Source of the DNA: Candidatus Sericytochromatia bacterium | GTDB lineage: Bacteria > Cyanobacteriota > Sericytochromatia > S15B-MN24 > JAQBPE01 | Direction: 5' to 3' | DNA length: 64,000 nucleotides | NCBI GenBank assembly: GCA_035285125.1 | Contig: JAYKHR010000066.1 | Location: 128,001 to 192,000, forward strand | Shown here: positions 1 to 8,728 of the stretch, in pieces | How the letters are laid out: the number at the start of each line of letters is the position of its first letter | Position numbering within the stretch: position 1 is the stretch's first letter | Translations under genes and position numbers: made by a program | The notes under the pieces: model-generated | Seen by the model: only the letters and a program-made list of their open reading frames with translations | What the model was told of the DNA's origin: nothing | Databases searched by the model: none

Positions 1-1
1 A

Positions 2-550
2 TCCAAGCTGGCGTGGCACCAGGTAGACGCCCTCAACTTTGTCCTGGGAGGCGACTTCACGTCCCGGCTCAACCTCGAACTGCGAGACCGTCAGGGGCTC
101 GCCTACGGGGCTTACAGCAGGTTCGAGGCCTGGCGAGAGGCCGGCCTGCTCTCCGCGCGCGTCAACACCCGCACGGAGTCTACGCGTCGAGCCGTCGACA
201 GGCTGCTCGCCGTCGTGCGCGGGCTTCGCAGAACCGCCCCCTCGCGCGACGAAGCGGAGACGGCGCGGCGCTACCTCTCAGGGTCCTTCCCGATGCGCTT
301 CGAGACCAACGCCGCCCTCGCCGAGGAGTTCTCGGACCTGGCACTTTGCGGGCTCCCAGAGGCAGCCGTTGCTGGCTACCGAGAGGCGCTTCGGGGCGTG
401 ACGCCCGGCAGCCTTTACCGGCAGGCCCGGGCCTACGTGCCTGACCAGGGCCTTCACCTGGTGGTGGTGGGCCCTGCCGGCAAGATCGTGCCCGCCCTCA
501 GAGGCCTCGGCGACGTCAAGGTGTTGCGCCGGGACGAGGCCTTCCGCTAA
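2..550 (+). CDS. M16 family (insulinase/PqqL-like) peptidase, C-terminal part; 5' end outside window
   Basis: Frame of ORF 215..550 is open from position 2 and reads ...LNFVLGGDFTSRLNLELRDRQGLAYGAYS...YLSGSFPMRFET..., the typical M16_C motif (LGG.F.SRL...LR...GLAY). Confidence 0.85.
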   Translation, partial: SKLAWHQVDALNFVLGGDFTSRLNLELRDRQGLAYGAYSRFEAWREAGLLSARVNTRTESTRRAVDRLLAVVRGLRRTAPSRDEAETARRYLSGSFPMRFETNAALAEEFSDLALCGLPEAAVAGYREALRGVTPGSLYRQARAYVPDQGLHLVVVGPAGKIVPALRGLGDVKVLRRDEAFR

Positions 551-554
551 CGGG

Positions 555-1748
555 TCAGCCGGCCTCCGGGGCCATGTCCGTCGCCACTGCGGGCGCCTCG
601 GCAGACGAAACGACCGGCAGGGGGCCCGACGGCTCGTCGTCCGACGGGGGGCCGAGGAGAAGCTTTCCTACAGTGTAGGTGAGGACTGCACGCACCACTG
701 TCGCGATCGGCACCGCGATGAGCAGGCCCACCGGCCCACCATAGTGCTCCCCGACCAGCAACGCAAGCACGACCAACGCCGGGTGCAACTCGGCGTTGTG
801 ACCGATGATGTTGGGGTTCAGGAAGTTGGCCTCGATGAGGTGGATCAGCAGGATCCAAATCAAAGCCAGCAAGCCCGTCGCTGGAGAGTTGGTGAGCGCC
901 ACGGCGACAATCGGAACCGAACTGAAGAGGGTGCCGAAGACGGGAATCAGGCTGAAAAAGCCTGCGAGCACACCCAGCGTGATGGCGAACTTGACGCCAA
1001 GGACCATCAGCCCGAGGGTCGTGAGGACCCCGTTGACGATGCACACGCCGATCTGCCCCCGAACGGCTCCCGCGAGTCCCCGGTCGATGTCGGCCATCAG
1101 CGCCCGAGTCGGAGACCGGTACGCGGCCGGCACCAGCCGCGACAACCAGCGTTTGAGACGGGGGAGGTCGTAAAGCAAGAAGCCTGTGAGCATGAAGACC
1201 AGCACCACCATCAAGATGGCGGAAAAAACACCTGCAATGAGGTCCCTGGCCCTCTTGGCCAGCTCGCCGAGCTGGCCGTTGATGGCCTCGAACATGCCCG
1301 TGATGCCGTCGTGAAGCGACTTTTTCAGGTCAAAGGGAACGTTGTAGGTGTCGAGGTGGCTCTGCCAGGTGATCATCAGGCCCGGCAGCACCTCCCGCTC
1401 GAACTGGATGAGCTGCTTGGGCAGCACCTGGGCGAGCCGAGCAAACTCCTGGTAGAGGTGGGGCAACACAAAGAGGCCGACAAACCAGAGGGCGAGCCCG
1501 AAAGCCGCGTAGACCCCTGCAATGCCCACCAGCCGCCCGAGCGGCCGGCCGAAGGGGGTCAGCCGAGCGATTGCTGAGACGGCAGGATTCAGCAGGTAGA
1601 CCAGCACGAAGGCGATGTAAAAGGGCGTCAGCGTTTTGCCCAGCACCACGACGGCGCCCAGGCACAACAGCAGCACCGCCACCACGAGGAGGCCGCGGGT
1701 GGCGTCACTCGGGGGCCACGACAGGGTGCGCAGGGGTTGATCCTCCAC
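555..1748 (-). CDS. AI-2E family transporter (PerM/UPF0118)
   Basis: Multi-TM protein with PFYIAFVLVYLLNP, RGQ, FSLIPVFG, IEANFLNPNIIG...LHPALVVLALLVG...GPVGLLIAVP motifs. Confidence 0.9.
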   Translation of the reverse strand: MEDQPLRTLSWPPSDATRGLLVVAVLLLCLGAVVVLGKTLTPFYIAFVLVYLLNPAVSAIARLTPFGRPLGRLVGIAGVYAAFGLALWFVGLFVLPHLYQEFARLAQVLPKQLIQFEREVLPGLMITWQSHLDTYNVPFDLKKSLHDGITGMFEAINGQLGELAKRARDLIAGVFSAILMVVLVFMLTGFLLYDLPRLKRWLSRLVPAAYRSPTRALMADIDRGLAGAVRGQIGVCIVNGVLTTLGLMVLGVKFAITLGVLAGFFSLIPVFGTLFSSVPIVAVALTNSPATGLLALIWILLIHLIEANFLNPNIIGHNAELHPALVVLALLVGEHYGGPVGLLIAVPIATVVRAVLTYTVGKLLLGPPSDDEPSGPLPVVSSAEAPAVATDMAPEAG

Positions 1749-1754
1749 CGAGTG

Positions 1755-2609
1755 TCAGAGCCTCGCGAGTACGCCGCGGACCAACTGTTCCAGCTTGGGG
1801 CCAACCCGGCGAGCGACCTCGAGGATCTCGTCCTCCGAAGCGTGATGGCCTGCGTCGGGGATCGCCATGTCGGACACCGTCGCAATCCCGAGCACCTTGA
1901 TGCCCGCATGGGTGGCCGCAATCGCCTCTGGCACGGTGGACATGCCGACCGAGTCCGCCCCGATGCGCGTCAGGAACCTGAGCTCCGCCTTGGTCAGGAA
2001 CGCCGGGCCGGAGATGGCGGCGTAGACGCCTTCATGGACGTACAGCCCTTGCGAGGTGGCAACCTCTCGAGCCAACGCGATGAGTTCGGGCCTGTAAGCT
2101 CCGTACATCACGGGGAAGCGGTCCCCCAGGTCCGGATCGTTGGGCCCCGTGAGTGGGTTCGCGCCCATCATGTTGATGTGGTCGCTAATCAGCATCAGGT
2201 CGCCCGCCCGGAATCGAAAATTCAGCCCCCCCGTGGCACACGTCACAATGAGGGTCTCAATCCCGAGTGCCTTCATGACCCGCACAGGGAAGACCACCTG
2301 CTGAGGCGTATGCCCCTCGTACAGGTGGAACCGCCCCTGCATCACGGCGACAGGCAGGCCATCGAGTTGCCCGAGCACCATGTTGCCCTTGTGTCCGGGG
2401 GCCGTGGCGACCGGGAAGTGGGGGATGTCGCCGTAGGGGATGCGAACAGCACCGTCAACGCCGTCTGCCAGCCCACCGAGACCGCTGCCCAGGATGATGC
2501 CCACCCGAGGATGAGATCCTCCCTGGCTTCTCAGGAACGAGGCGGCCTCCTCCACGCGTTGCCGCTGGTCGAGGAGGACGGGAGAGACGGCCGTGGCAGG
2601 GGCTTTCAT
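1755..2609 (-). CDS. punA: Purine nucleoside phosphorylase (trimeric, PNP I/xanthosine type)
   Basis: IILGSGLG, IPHFP..TAPGHKG, MQGRFHLYEG, DHIN, GADSVGMSTVPE motifs; GGAGG RBS upstream. Confidence 0.92.
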   Translation of the reverse strand: MKAPATAVSPVLLDQRQRVEEAASFLRSQGGSHPRVGIILGSGLGGLADGVDGAVRIPYGDIPHFPVATAPGHKGNMVLGQLDGLPVAVMQGRFHLYEGHTPQQVVFPVRVMKALGIETLIVTCATGGLNFRFRAGDLMLISDHINMMGANPLTGPNDPDLGDRFPVMYGAYRPELIALAREVATSQGLYVHEGVYAAISGPAFLTKAELRFLTRIGADSVGMSTVPEAIAATHAGIKVLGIATVSDMAIPDAGHHASEDEILEVARRVGPKLEQLVRGVLARL

Positions 2610-2626
2610 AGGGGTTGAACCTCCAG

Positions 2627-2656
2627 CAAGAACGCCCCGCCGAGTGAGGCGGGGCG
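2627..2656 (-). terminator. Hairpin/putative weak intrinsic terminator downstream of the tRNA cluster
   Basis: CGCCCCGCC-N6-GGCGGGGCG stem (2633-2656) followed by TTCTTG on the minus strand. Confidence 0.5.
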
Positions 2657-2667
2657 GAGAATGCGAG

Positions 2668-2740
<73 letters not shown>

Positions 2741-2767
2741 GCATCTGTTACCGAGGGTAACGTACCG

Positions 2768-2795
2768 ATTGTAGCACGTACTAGTCGTGGCGCAA
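2768..2795 (-). promoter_or_regulatory. Putative sigma70 promoter for the distal tRNA-Lys
   Basis: Minus strand TTGCGC-N16-TACAAT with extended -10 TG. Confidence 0.55.
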
Positions 2796-2831
2796 CCTGC
2801 GGTTTAGGCGTGGTCGGGTCGCGACAAGCAG

Positions 2832-2921
2832 CGGGCAGGGAGGGATTCGAACCCTCGGTACGGGGTTAAGCCGTACACATCATTTCCAGTGATGCCCTTT
2901 CGACCACTCAGGCACCTGCCC
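2832..2921 (-). tRNA. tRNA-Ser (GGA), long variable arm
   Basis: GGGCAGG/CCTGCCC acceptor stem, CATCA-CTGGAAA-TGATG anticodon arm, GTACGG..CCGTAC variable arm, GAGGG-TTCGAAT-CCCTC T arm. Confidence 0.96.
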
Positions 2922-2929
2922 TGGAGAAG

Positions 2930-3002
<73 letters not shown>

Positions 3003-3017
3003 GTCCACTTCGGCGTC

Positions 3018-3047
3018 AGGTTACCACCCCGCACTCCTGCCTGTCAA
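3018..3047 (-). promoter_or_regulatory. Putative sigma70 promoter of the tRNA-Lys/Ser unit
   Basis: Minus strand TTGACA-N18-TAACCT (TGgTAACCT extended -10), about 15 nt upstream of the first tRNA. Confidence 0.65.
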
Positions 3048-3096
3048 ACGCCCCATGGGGCGAGGCCCCGCCCCCGAGGCGTGTATAATCTTGGGA

Positions 3097-4080
3097 ATGG
3101 GAACCACGTGTCACCACCTGCTGCGGCTCGCCCTATCCTTTGCGGCCGTGTTCCCGCTGCTGACTTGGGGCGCCGCGGTGCCCGCAGACGCTTCGAGGCA
3201 GCGGGGCGCCCGTCCAGTTCGGCCGGTGCTCGTCCAACGGCTGGCTTATGACGCGCAGCGCCACACGATCGTGCTGGGCGTGACGGGCCACCTCGGGGTG
3301 GCGACACGCACCGTGGCGAACCCGCTGAGGCTGGTGGTGGACCTGCCTGGAGCCCGGCTCGCCACCCGCAACCGCGCCCTGACCGTCGGCGACCCCCTGG
3401 TCGCCAGGGTGCGGGTGGCGCAGTTCGCCGTCTGGCCCCCCGTCGTGAGGGTCGTCATCGAACCCACGGGCCCCGACGAGCCGCGCCTGGCGGTTCAGCA
3501 GGACGGCCGCCGCCTCTACATCACCGTGGCGCCGCCTACAGCCCAGCCGGCTGCCGCTTCGCCGCAACCCCTGGTGCCTGCGGCCGGCCCCCCCGAGGAA
3601 GCTGCTGGCGACCTCCCGCTGTCCCCTCTGCCGGTGCTGACTGCACCCCCGGCAATCCTGCTTCCGGCCACGCCGGGCCTCCCCCCTGCCTCATCGTCCG
3701 TCCCGCCACTCACGCGCCCGGGCATCCAGCAGCGTCTCAGGCCCGCCCCGGCCACCGCGCCGGCGAAGCGCAACGAGGCTGATGCTTGGCCCTTGGTGCT
3801 GCCGCAGGGACGGCCGGTGGGGCAACCTGGGGCTACGCCCGGGGATCCGCGTGCTCCCCTGGCGGCCCCCCCGACCCCAGTGGCCCCTCCGAACGCCGCC
3901 CCCCTCGCCACCCCACCCGGCGGCCCGGAGGCTGCCCCCTTCCCGGCCCCTGGGGCAGACGCCCCGCTCGAGACCGACCCGTTTCCCACGCCCGTGCCCG
4001 CCCCGCCTCAACGCGAGCCTGGCCCAGGCTCTGTCCTGCCTCCGGGCGCGCCGACGTCTGACGGACCAGGGGCTGGCTGA
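3097..4080 (+). CDS. Secreted AMIN-domain protein with long Pro/Ala-rich C-terminal tail
   Basis: Signal peptide, then NPLRLVVDLPGA...VARVRVAQF..PPVVRVVIE (AMIN); low-complexity Pro-rich tail; start chosen at ATG 3097, 7 nt after TATAAT. Confidence 0.75.
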   Translation: MGTTCHHLLRLALSFAAVFPLLTWGAAVPADASRQRGARPVRPVLVQRLAYDAQRHTIVLGVTGHLGVATRTVANPLRLVVDLPGARLATRNRALTVGDPLVARVRVAQFAVWPPVVRVVIEPTGPDEPRLAVQQDGRRLYITVAPPTAQPAAASPQPLVPAAGPPEEAAGDLPLSPLPVLTAPPAILLPATPGLPPASSSVPPLTRPGIQQRLRPAPATAPAKRNEADAWPLVLPQGRPVGQPGATPGDPRAPLAAPPTPVAPPNAAPLATPPGGPEAAPFPAPGADAPLETDPFPTPVPAPPQREPGPGSVLPPGAPTSDGPGAG

Positions 4081-4469
4081 TGTCCCATTTCACTCGCGTC
4101 AAGACGCGGATGACGGATGCCGACGTGCTGTGCCAGGCGCTGCGCGATCTGGGCCACGAACCGGAGCGCCACGCTCGCGTCCGCGGCTGGGAAGGCAGGT
4201 CCGCGGCGGCAGAGGTCGTCGTTCGCCCTGGCGGCGCCTTCGACGTGGGCTTTGAACGCTCTGAAGACGGCTCGTTGCAGGTCGTGGCGGATTGGTGGGG
4301 GGTGGGGCGCGACACCGGATTGCGCGAGGCGGCCTTTCTCCCACCCCTCTTGCAGCGGTATGCCTACCACACCGTGCTCACGCAGGCCGCCGCGCAGGGG
4401 TTCCAGGTCGTCCAGGAAACAGTGGGCGCCGACAGGGGCATCAAGCTCACCATTCGTCGTTGGCGCTGA
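4080..4469 (+). CDS. DUF1257 (Ycf35-like) protein
   Basis: MSHFTRVKT...L..AL.DLG...VRGW.G...DVGF...DG...VADWWG...QRYAY..V...A..QGF pattern; TGATG overlap with upstream gene. Confidence 0.85.
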   Translation: MSHFTRVKTRMTDADVLCQALRDLGHEPERHARVRGWEGRSAAAEVVVRPGGAFDVGFERSEDGSLQVVADWWGVGRDTGLREAAFLPPLLQRYAYHTVLTQAAAQGFQVVQETVGADRGIKLTIRRWR

Positions 4470-4938
4470 GATCCGCGGCACGGCTCCCTCCCAACGACGG
4501 GGCGTAGCCTGGGTCCGGCGTGGCCTCATCCTCGGCGAGTGCCCTGGCGATGGCAGGTTCCAGACCAGATCTCAGCGCTGGCCTTGCCGTCCACCCGTCG
4601 GCGTCGACCTCGATGCGAAGCCCCCAGACGAGAGGCGCCCAGTGCCCGCGGCGGGGCACCTTGGCGGCCCGGACCGCCCTCCCGCGCAGAGGCATCCCTT
4701 CGTCTGCGAGCGGCGCCAGCACAGCCGCAAGGGCGCGGGGTACGTACCCCAAGCTCCGCAGCTCTCCTGCCTCGTCTCGCCAGGAGACGGCGATGGCGTT
4801 CGCGTCGAAGCCGTTGTCGGGCTCGCGCCTGAGCTCGATCGTGTCGCCAGGCTTCACGCGTTTCACGTGAGGCTGCCGAGGGGTGCCATCGGGGTTGTCG
4901 AAGGTCACCCCGGCCACCCGCGTCGAGATCGGAAACAT
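4447..4938 (-). CDS. Stand-alone HIRAN-domain protein
   Basis: TRVAGVTF...L.REPDNGFDANAIAV...LGYVPR..A..LAP signature; GAGGAGG RBS before ATG 4938. Confidence 0.85.
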   Translation of the reverse strand: MFPISTRVAGVTFDNPDGTPRQPHVKRVKPGDTIELRREPDNGFDANAIAVSWRDEAGELRSLGYVPRALAAVLAPLADEGMPLRGRAVRAAKVPRRGHWAPLVWGLRIEVDADGWTARPALRSGLEPAIARALAEDEATPDPGYAPSLGGSRAADLSANDEW

Positions 4939-5050
4939 CGTCGGGCCCTCCTCACCGCCTGGCAAGCGGCCTCAAGCCTGTTCCAGTATAATGCGGGGGC
5001 CTCGCGGGCGTCCGGCCCAGGCAGGCCCGCATCCTTCCCTTCGGCGCCCC

Positions 5051-7264
5051 GTGATGACAGCTTCGAGAGACTATCCCAGGTTGTTGACGGCGCGCCTGCA
5101 AGAGGCGCTTCGGGAGCAGGACTGGGACGAAGCCATTGCCACCTTCGCCGCGCTGGACGCGGCCCACCCCGATCCCGAAGCCCAGCTGGTGCTGTGGGGC
5201 GAACTGCTGGAAGAGCTGAGCCGTCACGGGTTGGCCTGGGGGGATTGGCAGGACCGGTGGCCGGGTGGCGAAGCAGCCTTGGAGGGCGCAGTTTATTTCC
5301 TTGTGCGCGGCGTACAGGCCCTGTCGGAGGGCGCCTTCGACAGGGCCGGATTCTTCCTCGCGCGGGCTGCTGAGTCGTGCCCCGGCAGTCACGTGCCCGT
5401 GGCCTACCTCGGCGTCCTTCACGAGGCCCTGGGGTGTCCGTCGGAGGCTCTGGCCCACTACATGCGCTGCCTTGCCCGCGAACCAGGCTTGTTCAGCGTG
5501 CTCAACGCGGCCGGCAACCTCTACCACGAACTCGGCTTCTACGACGAAGCTTGTGAGCTCTACAGGCAGGCGCTACCCCTGCTGGCCGAGGCGGCCAACC
5601 GGGCCGTCGTCCTGGGCAATATGGGCAACTCCCTGCGCGCCCTTGGTCAGTTCGAGGCTGCGATCGAGGCCTACTCGGAGGCCTCCAGGCTCGTGCCTGC
5701 GCACCCCCGGGCGCCTCTCTCTCTGGCGGAGACCCTCCTCGAGGCCAGGCGCCCCGAAGAGGCCGTGGCGACCCTCGAGGCCGCGTTGCGGGATTCCGGC
5801 TACGACGAGTGGCCCACCGACCTTAGAGCGCAGCTTCACGCCATCCTCGCGCGCGCCTTCTCGCAACTTGGGAACCACGCCGCCGCCGCGGCCAACTGGT
5901 GGCAGCACCTGGCAGGGGACCTCTCCGACGAGGGCCGTGAGGGGGTGAGAGCGATGTTGAAGGCCCTGTATGCCTGGGCCGTCACCAGCCCGGGCGATGG
6001 CGCGTGCGAGAGGCTGCTTGCCAGGATGAACCGGCGGCTTGGCTACCTGGAGGCGGCCCTGCTTCACGCGAAGCGAGCTGTAAAGATCGCGCCGCACGCG
6101 CACGAGGCTTTTCAAGAACTTGGTGCGGGGCTGCTGCTGGTGGGCAAGGACAACGTCGCCCATGAGGCCCTGGACGAGGCTGCGGCCATCGCCCCCGGCA
6201 GCGCCGAGGTGCAGGCTCTCCGCGCCATGGCCGTCTGGCGAGAGGACCCGGACGTCGCCGAGGCCGCGCTCCTGGAGGCGTGCCGGCTGGAGCCGACCGA
6301 GGCCCTGCACCGGTGCGATCTGGGATGGCTGCGCACCGTGGCCGGGGACCAGCAGGGAGCCGAGCAGGCCTTCGTGGAGGCCCTGCTGCTCTGGGACCGC
6401 GCCCCCGTGCTCCTGGGCACCCACGGCCCGATCGGGCAGCGGGGCTGTTACGTGGACGTGCTCGACGCGGTGTTCGAGGGCCCCGCCTCGTTCGAGGAGC
6501 GTCTGAATGGCGGCACCTTCGCCGTGCTCGCCGGCCGCTTGGACGTCGGCCAGCAACTTCTGCAGCGCTGCCTGGCAGAGCGCCCGGACAGCGCCGAGGC
6601 AACGCGAAACCACGCCTGGTTACTCAGCCAGCAGGGCAGCGCCACCGAGGCTTGCGCCTGGTGGCAACGCGCCGCCAAGCTGTCGCCAGAGGATCGGATC
6701 TCCCGATTCTTCTGGCTTCGGGCGCGCGCCTCTCAAGGCAGCACGGAGAAGGAAGCCGTGTTGCGAGAGCTTCCCCGGCGTAGAGAACAGGATGCCGACG
6801 ACCCGCTCCTCACCCTGCTTGAAGGGAAGCTGAGGGAGCCCACGGCCGAGGCGTTGGCCTGTTATGGCGAGCTCATCTCGCAGCGACCAGGCACCTACTC
6901 GACATGGTACTGGCTCGGCCAGTGCCACTTCCACCGCAAGGAGCCCGATCTCGCAAGGCCAGCCCTCGAACGCTGTGTGGGCCTGAATCCAAGGTTTGTA
7001 CCGGGGCGACAGCTGCTGGCGAGCTGCTATGCCCAACTCGGAGACGAGGCGCGCAGCGCCTACCACCGTGGCCAGTGCCATTGGCAGGCAGGCCACCTGC
7101 ACCGCGCCAGGACCAACTTGAGCGCGGCACAGGCCCTCGACCCTGCCATGCCACGCCTTGCAGAGGAACTCGCGGCCCTCGACCGCCAGGTGGCCCTATG
7201 GACAGCCCCGGAGCTCGCAGAGGTGCTGGGGCGCCTGGCTTCAGCACCCTACCGGTCTGGCTGA
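5051..7264 (+). CDS. Tetratricopeptide repeat protein
   Basis: Multiple TPR units (e.g. VLGNMGNSLRALGQFEAAIEAYSEASRLVP; WYWLGQCHF...ALERCVGLNP); TATAAT at 4987-4992 upstream; start uncertain. Confidence 0.8.
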   Translation: MMTASRDYPRLLTARLQEALREQDWDEAIATFAALDAAHPDPEAQLVLWGELLEELSRHGLAWGDWQDRWPGGEAALEGAVYFLVRGVQALSEGAFDRAGFFLARAAESCPGSHVPVAYLGVLHEALGCPSEALAHYMRCLAREPGLFSVLNAAGNLYHELGFYDEACELYRQALPLLAEAANRAVVLGNMGNSLRALGQFEAAIEAYSEASRLVPAHPRAPLSLAETLLEARRPEEAVATLEAALRDSGYDEWPTDLRAQLHAILARAFSQLGNHAAAAANWWQHLAGDLSDEGREGVRAMLKALYAWAVTSPGDGACERLLARMNRRLGYLEAALLHAKRAVKIAPHAHEAFQELGAGLLLVGKDNVAHEALDEAAAIAPGSAEVQALRAMAVWREDPDVAEAALLEACRLEPTEALHRCDLGWLRTVAGDQQGAEQAFVEALLLWDRAPVLLGTHGPIGQRGCYVDVLDAVFEGPASFEERLNGGTFAVLAGRLDVGQQLLQRCLAERPDSAEATRNHAWLLSQQGSATEACAWWQRAAKLSPEDRISRFFWLRARASQGSTEKEAVLRELPRRREQDADDPLLTLLEGKLREPTAEALACYGELISQRPGTYSTWYWLGQCHFHRKEPDLARPALERCVGLNPRFVPGRQLLASCYAQLGDEARSAYHRGQCHWQAGHLHRARTNLSAAQALDPAMPRLAEELAALDRQVALWTAPELAEVLGRLASAPYRSG

Positions 7265-8079
7265 ACCTTGGTAGGCGCGGCCCCTTCCGTCGCGCCTACC
7301 ACCACAGCGGGCAGCAGGCGAAGCTCGGAATCTCGGGAGGCCTCGGGGCCGGCCGACGCGATGGGAGCGGAATCCGGGGGCCAACCTCCGGGGACATAGG
7401 CAGTCAAGAGGCCATCAACCTCGAGCTTACGCGTCTCAGAGCCCACATAGATCGTGGTCCGCTCGATCATCCGGGCACATCCGACGCCCGGGACGTACCA
7501 GTAAGAGAGGGTGTCGCCCTCACCATCAGCGTAGCGGAGCACGTGATCAACCCGCCAACCCCGCCAGCGCCCCGCCGGCACCTCGACGTCCTCTTCCCCG
7601 ATCACGACCACCCGTTCCTCGTTGCCCGGCTTCAACGGGCGCCCCGGCCAAGACGCACCCACAGTGGGCGCACCCCGCAGGATGGTGAGCGAGGGTCCAT
7701 CCAAGGCGTCGGCCAGGCGCGAGAGCACCACGCCGTCCGGACGCACGAGCACCCTGGTGGGGGGCAACTGGAGCCCCCTGTAGCGACGTTCGAGCACGGC
7801 CTCAACGGTGCCCCCCGCTCTCGCCTCTGCCCGCAGGATGCCCATTTGCATGACGCGCTCGGGCAAGGGGCCGCCCTGACTGACCTGACGCAGCACGTAG
7901 TCCCAGCGCCCGCCAACAGGCACAGGATAGAGGTCCCGGGGGACCAAACTCGCCGCCACGCCACGCACGCCTGGCAGAGAGGGCTTCGCTGCCGACGCCA
8001 GCGGGCCGACGGGGCGAACGCACCCCACGCTTCCAACCAACACACCCAACAACACGAAGCCCAGTGCGATCTGTCGCAT
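7249..8079 (-). CDS. Hypothetical lipoprotein-like protein (E.V.VPAG..W motif, DUF3108/TapB-like)
   Basis: N-terminal MRQIALGFVLLGVLVGSVGC; beta-rich body with EDVEVPAGRWRGWRV and YWYVPGVG. Confidence 0.55.
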   Translation of the reverse strand: MRQIALGFVLLGVLVGSVGCVRPVGPLASAAKPSLPGVRGVAASLVPRDLYPVPVGGRWDYVLRQVSQGGPLPERVMQMGILRAEARAGGTVEAVLERRYRGLQLPPTRVLVRPDGVVLSRLADALDGPSLTILRGAPTVGASWPGRPLKPGNEERVVVIGEEDVEVPAGRWRGWRVDHVLRYADGEGDTLSYWYVPGVGCARMIERTTIYVGSETRKLEVDGLLTAYVPGGWPPDSAPIASAGPEASRDSELRLLPAVVVGATEGAAPTKVQPDR

Positions 8080-8183
8080 GCGTTGGCCCTCTTGAAGGTT
8101 GATTGACGCCCCAAGCAAATGTTAAATTTATTTTAGATCCCTGTAAAGCGGTCTTTTCATCCAGCGGGATGAAGGAGGAAACC

Positions 8184-8582
8184 ATGCCCCTCGGCTGCGC
8201 CCCCCATCGACGCCTCCCCTTGCTGGTTGGGGCCCTGTTCGCGGCCGTCCTTCTGGCCGGGTGCGCGGGTCCCACCACGGTGATCGGCCGCCTCGCCCCG
8301 GATCGGGGCCAGGCCTCGGGCAAGCGGGCAGCCACCGGGGCCACCGCGGTAGATGAGAAGCGCCAGATCCTGGTCAAGTTCAAGGCGGAGCTGGTCGCCG
8401 CCGAAATGTCAGCGTTCCGGGCAACCTACGGTCTGAGAAACGTGAGTACCATTCCGGCCCTCGGCGTCTACGTCGAGGAGGTGGTCGAGGGGCGAAACCC
8501 AGACTCCGTCCTGCGGGACCTGCAGCAGTCGCCGCTGGTTGCCTACGCCGAGTTCAATGAGACCGTCAGCCTCGTCCCCTGA
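8184..8582 (+). CDS. Small lipoprotein with a subtilisin-propeptide-like (I9/fervidolysin N-pro) domain
   Basis: AAGGAGG RBS, lipobox LLAGC, then QILVKFK...IPALGVY...L..SPLVAYAEFN, typical of S8 prodomains; no catalytic domain follows. Confidence 0.6.
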   Translation: MPLGCAPHRRLPLLVGALFAAVLLAGCAGPTTVIGRLAPDRGQASGKRAATGATAVDEKRQILVKFKAELVAAEMSAFRATYGLRNVSTIPALGVYVEEVVEGRNPDSVLRDLQQSPLVAYAEFNETVSLVP

Positions 8583-8625
8583 GGCTTCAATTTTCGGCTT
8601 GCTCGCTGCCACGGGCAAGGCTACG

Positions 8626-8660
8626 TGAGTCCCGCCTGACATCAGGCGGGGCTCATTTTC
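8626..8660 (+). terminator. Intrinsic terminator
   Basis: TGAGTCCCGCCTGA..TCAGGCGGGGCTCA stem followed by TTTTC. Confidence 0.8.
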
Positions 8661-8680
8661 TTGGGGTCCGGGAGAAACAG

Positions 8681-8710
8681 AAAAGCCCTCCAGCCAGCTG
8701 GCTGGAGGGC
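8681..8710 (-). terminator. Intrinsic terminator of the cytochrome b operon
   Basis: GCCCTCCAGCC..GGCTGGAGGGC stem followed by TTTTCTGTTT on the minus strand, just after the stop at 8729. Confidence 0.8.
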
Positions 8711-8728
8711 AGTGCGGTTGGCCGCCGC

